From Lytechinus pictus (Eukaryota): a stretch of 60,000 nt of DNA. The position numbers and the translations under genes were made by a program. Positions 53,065 through 60,000 of this stretch are shown here, piece after piece (position 1 is the first letter of the stretch; each line of letters starts with the position of its first letter). The stretch is from NCBI RefSeq assembly GCF_037042905.1, contig NC_087251.1:39682001-39742000 (forward strand), written 5' to 3'. The notes below the pieces were generated by a model. It was not told the DNA's origin. It did not search any database and saw nothing but the letters and a program-made list of their open reading frames with translations.

Positions 53065-55625
53065 TTTCCATTATTGCTACACATACTTTCAGTATAAAAT
53101 GAAAATGTTGAAATACTGGTAAAAATAATTTGCCACCATGAAAAAATTACTGAATATCTATATTGCTTGTTTCTACATGTATTATTTCTACACATATTTC
53201 CAATTTTAGAAATCAAAGATTTTGGTTGTGTCTTGTGCTTACACTGCATGAGACATCTGTTTATATTTCTCTTTTCTTTTCCTTTTCCAGTAATATAACT
53301 TGACAATGCTGTTCACATGGTATTCAGCTTGGTGCTAATATTTTATAGGGAGAGGATTTTATATTTTACACATAAAGCCACATTTTATAATACATTTATG
53401 TTTTTATATCTTTATCATTGGTTTTCATTACATATTTATCAATGCATTTCATTATGTGGACTTTAACAGTTGAATGAATGAACTTGAATTTTTGGAACAT
53501 CAATGAAATTCTGCTGAAGTTTTCTTTGATTAAAAAAAATCATTAAGTCTAATGTTTAATCCCGAGTATTCAAGATATATCAAGTATTCAGTAGGTAATC
53601 AGTCCTTTCATTATGAAGGAAAGTAATTGTACAGAATCTTGCACAATCTGTAAATTAATTTGCACTATGAACTTGTATTCGTTATATAATGGATGTTGAT
53701 GCGATGGATTCATTTTTTATTGTATTCATATATTTGATTAAGGTGGATTTTAGGAAGTGGTCCTGTTACGAGTACCGTATTCAGAAAGAGCTGCACAACG
53801 TGTACATACATAGAATGTTATTATGTTTTTGAGTAATTTGATGTACAGATCAATGTACCGTTAAGAATAATATTGTAATGAAACAGTTCCTTACAAGAAT
53901 AACTATTTGTTTTTGTGCTTTATTCCAACATTGTCTGATCTCTAGTAATAGTATGTGTTTTAAGAGAGAGAAATATGTACACAGGAATGATTCAATTACA
54001 ACTAAAATCAATTTTATGAGCTGAAATCAAATTTATGAGATTCGATTGGCCATCAGACTACAAAATTCATATCGGCTGTTAGTTTATCATAAATTTGATT
54101 TCAAATCATAAAATTAAGAATTAGGCCCAGTATTAACTGGGAAGAGAATATGAAAAATGTGGAGTGGATTCAGTTTGCAAGTGTGTACCAGAAATGAGAA
54201 TGGCATATGATGGAGTTGAGTGGAGGGATATTGCGATCAATGTGTGAACCAGGGGAGCGTTTCATCAATATTTTCATCCGAAAAGTTGTCAGATCTGACA
54301 TCTTTCCATGATTTTGATTGGCAGAGAGGCACTGTTCCTATGGTAACTGTCGGATAAAATGGGACTTGTCGGATAAAACGTCCGACAAGTCCTTTCATGA
54401 AACGCCCCCCTGGAGAAGAACTGTACTTCAATAGATATTTAATCTCTTGAAGCAGGAGTTCACAATCGATTGTATAAGTGATCAGTCTATTGCAACCCAT
54501 GAAGGAAATACAATTGGATTGGAAATATTAATTGTATCTCCCTATGTTCCTTGATATTTTACTCTAATAAGGTACTAAGCAATGACATCACATTACAATT
54601 TTAAATTTCAGCATTTTGGATAGCATGTCTCAATGGGGCAAGATGATAAACATCTTCAGCAAAAATTAGTTTGGAGGTGGTGGGGGGGGGGGGGTGTGGC
54701 TCCCAGGAAGTGCTTAGACCCAGAGCTGCCAACTTTAATTGTGAACAAGAGTGTCGCCAAGACGAACACATAATACGCCTGCCTGTATAAACACAGAAAA
54801 TGGAGTTATTGGTCAAGCAAGAAAAGTGGAAGGTGGTGACTCCACCTTTGACCTTCTGACCTCAAAATCAAAAGAATTCCTGGGATCTGTGCTACTAAAG
54901 GCAGAGCTGGTCTTGCGTAATATCAGCTGTTGTTTATGGTCTAACCCTCGGGCTTGCCTGATAAGAGGGATTATTGGGCGATACAGGGTTGATAGCGCTT
55001 GGAAATGAAATATCATGGATCCTCCCTCTTTGTCTCTCTCCTTTTACGTTTCTGTTCTTTGCATTTCCTCTTACTTTTCCTTCTTTTGTTTCTTAAAATA
55101 TTATTCTTCTTTCCCTCTTCGGCTTCTATCTTTCTTCCTTCCTTTGGCTTCTATCTTTCTTTAATTCTTTCTCTTTCTTTCATTTCTTTATACATTGCAT
55201 ATGCAGCGTTTTATTTCTCTTTAATAGTTTTCTTATTTCGGGGCCGATTTTCTTTGTTCGAAACTTAAACAGAATAACATTGGATTTCAAAATACAATAT
55301 GCCTTTGAAAACTTGATTAAATATCAAATACAATAATTTAATTCCGAAAGGTCTACTACAGACAGAGCTGCTCTTACGGTTTGCAATCCTCGGGCTTTCC
55401 TGCGGAGGAGAAATGTTACATGAGAGGGATTATTGGGCGATTCAGGGTTGATAGCGCTTGGGAATGAAATATCTTGGTTCCTCCATAGACCTACTAAAGT
55501 CCATGGTTCCTCCAATGCCCTGAGCTAGTGCAGTCGCCTCTCCGAGGGTTTGACGTAATGCTACAACATTCCGCGCTATATAAATGCCTTTTATTATTAT
55601 TGTTATTACAACATGTAAATATTAA

Positions 55626-56218
55626 AGGGATGGTCCAGGCTGGAGATATTTTATCTTAATAAATAGAGTAAAATTCACAGAGCAAAATGCTGGAAATTTC
55701 ATCAAAATCGGATAACAATAACGAAGTTATTGGATTTTAAAGATTTGGATTATTCGGGTGAAACAGTTCTAGGCATGTCTTCATGAATATTCATTAGGTG
55801 GGCTGATGATGTCATATCCCCAATTGTTCTTTTGTATTTTATCATATGAAATTAGGTTTATTCAAGAATGTTCTACCAAGAACTAAAACAATTGGATTGA
55901 CAACTGATTTAGTTTTTTATTGCCGCAACTTATTTCATCATAATGGAGACACATCATTCACACATGTATGAAAAATGAAACAATTATCATTTCATGTAAT
56001 AACATAAGAAAAACGAAAGTGGGGGTATGACATCATCAGCCCACCTAATGAATATTCATGACGATGTGCATATAACTGTTTAAAAAAAATATTGATAAAC
56101 TTAAAAATTCAATAAGTTCGTTATTTGTTATCCGATTTTGATGAAATTTTCAGCATTTTGCTCTGTGAATTTTACTCTATTTATTTAGATATAAATATTT
56201 TCAGCCCAGACCATCCCT
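55626..56218. mobile_element. Kolobok-type palindromic MITE
   Basis: TTAA TSD; AGGGATGGTCCAGGCTG / CAGCCCAGACCATCCCT; long internal symmetry. Confidence 0.85.
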
Positions 56219-56929
56219 TTAAAGTTCATTCCATTCTGGAGAATACACGGTCCTTGAGACATCTATATCCTACAGCATGTACAGCATCCAGATGAGAATA
56301 TAACCAATAATAATATAAAAACAAGTTTGTGATGAATTTACAATATAAAATATTTATTTAAAAAAATATTGGTTGTGGTCAGTGTTTTGAACAACATACA
56401 CATACGGTACAACAATGAACTTGATCGGTTGTCACAATTGATTGTAAACAGTGATTGTGATTGATCCGATCAATCACAACTATGGACAGCCAGCAACGTC
56501 AACATCTAACATGCATGCATGTTTCTTCAAAATATTTTCTATGATGTATATTCATACATTCATCGTTCTCTTGAAGATTCAGTGTGATTCTCTCTGTTTA
56601 CTATAAAGGAGATTGCGCAAATTTCCTGTAGAAAAAATTATGACACTGATGGATTTCCATAGAGTTACAATTGATTGGACCAATCGTAACTCTTTGTAAG
56701 ATGGGGCCCAGTGGTGGAGCGTTGGCAAAAATATAACGTTTTTTTATTCTCTGGGGCTACCGTACTTTACACAACTTACTGGCTAAATCTACAACATTGG
56801 ATGAGTTTTGACATTACAGTGAATGGAGATTTTCAGGGCTCTTTTTTTTCTTCATTTTCCAGGGCTCTTTTGATTATTTTGGGGCAAAATAGCCCGAGCC
56901 CTGTGTAATTTTTTTCCTCGGTGTTATAA

Positions 56930-57392
56930 TAATAATACTAATACATGAGATTTGTATAGTGCACTTTCCATCTTGATTAGATGCTCAAGGCGCTTCAGAG
57001 CAGAACAACAAAAACTATTTACATATAATACATATCTGAACAATAAGACAATGTCTATCAAAAAACACTCTTATACACGTATGTTTTCAGGTTGCCCTTG
57101 AAGGTGGTCACTGAAGTCTGGGTTTTCATACTCTGTTGGAGAGAATTCCACAGGCTAGGCCCTGCATGAGCAAAGGCCCCTTCCCCGCATGATTTCTTAG
57201 CAACTCGAATTTGTAAAAGATTAGATGATGAGGATTGTAAATTTCTTGAGGGTTGGTAATTATGCATCAAGACCTAATATTGCAACTGGGGGAAGTTCCA
57301 TTGACTATATGAAAAATCAAAAGGAGGATTTTAAAGACTATGCGTTCCTTCAGGGGCAACCAGTGAAAAGTTTTCAATATAGGGGTGATGTT
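56930..57392 (-). mobile_element. L2/CR1-group LINE 3' fragment (ORF2 C-terminus and tail)
   Basis: ITPILKTFHWLPLKERIVFKILLL...GEGAFAHAGPSLWNSL...SVTTFKGNLKTY, typical of the L2/CR1 ORF2 end; frameshifted. Confidence 0.85.
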
Positions 57393-57940
57393 ATTCATGA
57401 TTAATATGTTGGTATTCCATAAATATAACGGTGACATAGTAGAAGCAGGTGATTTAGTTTATTCTCTAGCTACATGGCAATGTGGTATCTCTTTTAAAAT
57501 GATTCTATCAAAGGCATGTTACAAGCTACTGTAATCCTGTCACTTGATTGGCTGGAGCAAATCTGTCAAAGAAATGTAGATTGTTAAGGATAGGATAAGG
57601 ACCTCAGCAATTCTCAACCGCGAATATCCAGTTCGCTGGTTGGCTTGACATGTACGTAATTCTCTAGTTTGTCCTGATGAAGACCTGTGCTTTCACTGCA
57701 TACATGGAGAGAGTAAATCCAAGTTGCTATCAAAAGTTCAGTTTCTTCCATCAGTTAAGAACTCAAATATCATATGCAGTTTTAGATAAGCCATCTCCTA
57801 AGCTCTGGTCTTGCATTCACTTTCCTCATGCATCTGTGCCTCAAATCACCGCGAGTGAAATGTAGTGACTTTGTTGATCCAGAGAGCCTAAAACACGCAG
57901 CATGTTTGCCTTTTTAAAAGGAATAGCTCGGCTAATTGCG

Positions 57941-58162
57941 TCATTGTGTCATATTCCTCGAACGTTCTAATTCCTCACAGCATTTTAAGAGGGCAGTTTG
58001 AACCTCCGAAGCACACTGTATTTGAGACTTGACTGTTGTGATATACTGGCCATACGTCAGAGCTTCCGTGGGCATCATATCTGGTTTATGCGAGTGGACA
58101 AGTGGAACAGGGGTGTATCGCGCCCCATCCAAGAACTGGGTGGTGCAATCATAGGCAAGACG
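57941..58162 (-). CDS. MED29: Mediator subunit 29 (intersex), terminal exon
   Basis: CAG acceptor, phase 0; RLAYDCTTQFLDGARYTPVPL...LTYGQYITTVKSQIQCASEVQTALLKC...TGA. Confidence 0.9.
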   Translation of the reverse strand, partial: RLAYDCTTQFLDGARYTPVPLVHSHKPDMMPTEALTYGQYITTVKSQIQCASEVQTALLKCCEELERSRNMTQ

Positions 58163-58733
58163 CTGACAACAGAAAATAGATAAATGAATCAGTCATATGG
58201 TTATTGCCTTATTGGATTCTGAAGTTTGCTTTAAAATTATCTAATCTTGGCCCATTTTCCATCATCTTATTGTAGGAATAATATCCTATATTATTTCAAC
58301 CCTTAGTTAACTGGTGGGGGTTGCTTTGAAAGTGTTGATTTAATTTAAACAGATATTATATCATTATAATCTTCACCAGTATTTGTGCATCATGAGTTGA
58401 AACTCTAATTGGGCTGTTTTAAATTGAATACCGGTATTGATTTCAGATGGTCAGTTTTGCTTTTCGCTACAAAATGTACACATAAAATGTTTCTGATTAA
58501 ATTTATCAGGATACATAAATATCCAACTACATTGTACACATAAACAGTATATTTCCTGAAAAGTAAACAAACAATATACTCTGCATAAGACAGCCTGCCA
58601 TAAATCGAATAATCGCCCAACTAGATGCATTATTTCAGACCAGAATATATATATGCAAAACACAACACATGTATTAATAATTTTGACTAAGTCAATTTTA
58701 GATTTCTCTGGTGCCAAGAGTTTTGACTTAATA

Positions 58734-59146
58734 CACTGCAAAAACTCCGGTATTGATTTAACACCAGCCCATAATCTATATCTGTCCACAACAGAGAAGT
58801 GTTAAACAACACCAGTTTTGTTTTGGTCTAACACCAGCAGGCCGTTTGATAAAGCTGTTCGTAAGTTAAGAGCGACTTTAAGAACGACTGGTGAACCTTT
58901 CTAACGCACTAAACCATCGCCAATGAATATACCGTTAACCACAAAAAAGGATCACCAGTCGTTCTTAAAGTCGCTCTTAACTTACGAACAGCTTTATGAA
59001 ACACCCACCAGATATGTGTTTATACAACACCAATTAGTATTAAAACATCGGTTTGATTCCACACTGGTGTTATTTCAATACTTCTCTGGTGTAGACATAT
59101 ATAGATTCCGGGCTGGTGTTAAATCAACACCGGAGTTTTGGCAGTG
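58734..59146. mobile_element. EnSpm/CACTA-like MITE (CACTG ends, TA TSD) with a nested MITE at 58838-59008 (CAG TSD)
   Basis: CACTGCAAAAACTCCGGT / ACCGGAGTTTTGGCAGTG; nested palindrome of the 39197 family. Confidence 0.8.
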
Positions 59147-59228
59147 TACGCTGAGTCACCTGTATATTAAACATATATATTTCATCAAATAAACAAGCCC
59201 TGCTTAATTATTTATCTCTTTTACTTAC

Positions 59229-59313
59229 AAGAGACAGCTCCAACTGATCACACAAAGAATAGAATTCCTCCAAGCTTTTGTCAAATCTTGCTGCAATATC
59301 ATCTGATGCTTTT
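59229..59313 (-). CDS. MED29: Mediator subunit 29, internal exon
   Basis: AG/GT, phase 2-0; KASDDIAARFDKSLEEFYSLCDQLELSL. Confidence 0.93.
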
Positions 59314-59792
59314 CTAAGTTAACAAGAGACATAAATCATGTGTAATAAGCATGTAATCAATACATAAAACAAGAAGCTGTTCCACAAAGGATTGCAATAT
59401 ATGACTCTCAGTGCTACGGTGAGTAGGACCTCTAAAGTTAACATAATGTAGAGTGCCAAAGATTAAATCAATAATGCAGTCTATTAGGTGACTACATTAT
59501 AATACACATCCATAGTTAAGAGACACAGTTACAATTTTTTGTTTTACTCTTTATTTCCAACATATTACTAACCCCAATGCAATTTTGATAAACAATTAAA
59601 GTAAGAAACAAATATACATCAGAATTATATACTTGAAACTCAGATGGATCATGAAATACTGTAGCTTGAAAATAAAATAATATCTCAAATGTTGGAAATG
59701 GAGAGGTCCACTGTGAAGCTGTTTGTAAATCATGGACTCCTCAAATGAAAGTATTTAACAGTTAATATAATAATCTGACTTTAATAACTTAC

Positions 59793-59851
59793 GTTGTGTT
59801 ATCAATTGTGGCAGAGTGACTGAAGGCTTGGGCAGCAATCTTCATAAGGTT
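59793..59851 (-). CDS. MED29: Mediator subunit 29, internal exon (earlier exon(s) beyond the window)
   Basis: AG/GT, phase 0-2; NLMKIAAQAFSHSATIDNT(T). Confidence 0.88.
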
Positions 59852-60000
59852 CTAAGAATGAAATAAATTTATCAACATTATTAAAACTCTATGATTGTTA
59901 TTTTCAGGTACGTGTAGGTTGCTTTAAATCAATGCTGTGGTTTTCATTTCAACAATAGAGGGACAATCTGCAACAAAGGGAAAGCATGAGAATTACTAAT

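Noticed and set aside
54895..55475. ~120-bp direct repeat pair suggesting LTRs
   Set aside because: No TG..CA ends, TSD or internal retroelement sequence; probably units of a decayed repeat element.

Overview
Eukaryotic, AT-rich, intron- and repeat-dense DNA. The repeat families and genes suggest a marine invertebrate, probably a sea urchin (inference). Two host genes lie tail-to-tail. On + is an ASPP-family gene (PPP1R13B/TP53BP2-like; coiled-coil, Pro-rich, ankyrin, SH3) with 8 phase-consistent coding exons at 30937-50697; its N-terminal exons were not found in the window. On - are the last three coding exons of MED29 (59851-57941). The most striking structure is a 17.2-kb nested transposon at 5230-22431. 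It has 151-bp near-perfect TIRs beginning TAGTCT, a perfect 9-bp TSD (CATACAGGG) and a decayed RecQ-like helicase, missed by the ORF track, which points to an AcademH-type element. Inside it is an 11.5-kb hAT-like element. That element holds an 8.9-kb foldback element with ~1.75-kb inverted arms made of 18/21-bp tandem repeats, TATGG..CCATA ends and a 6-bp TSD (IS3EU-like). The rest of the window is MITEs (Harbinger, Kolobok, hAT, EnSpm-like), Helentron-type elements with internal satellites, SINEs and an L2/CR1 LINE tail. All alignments and counts were made by eye.
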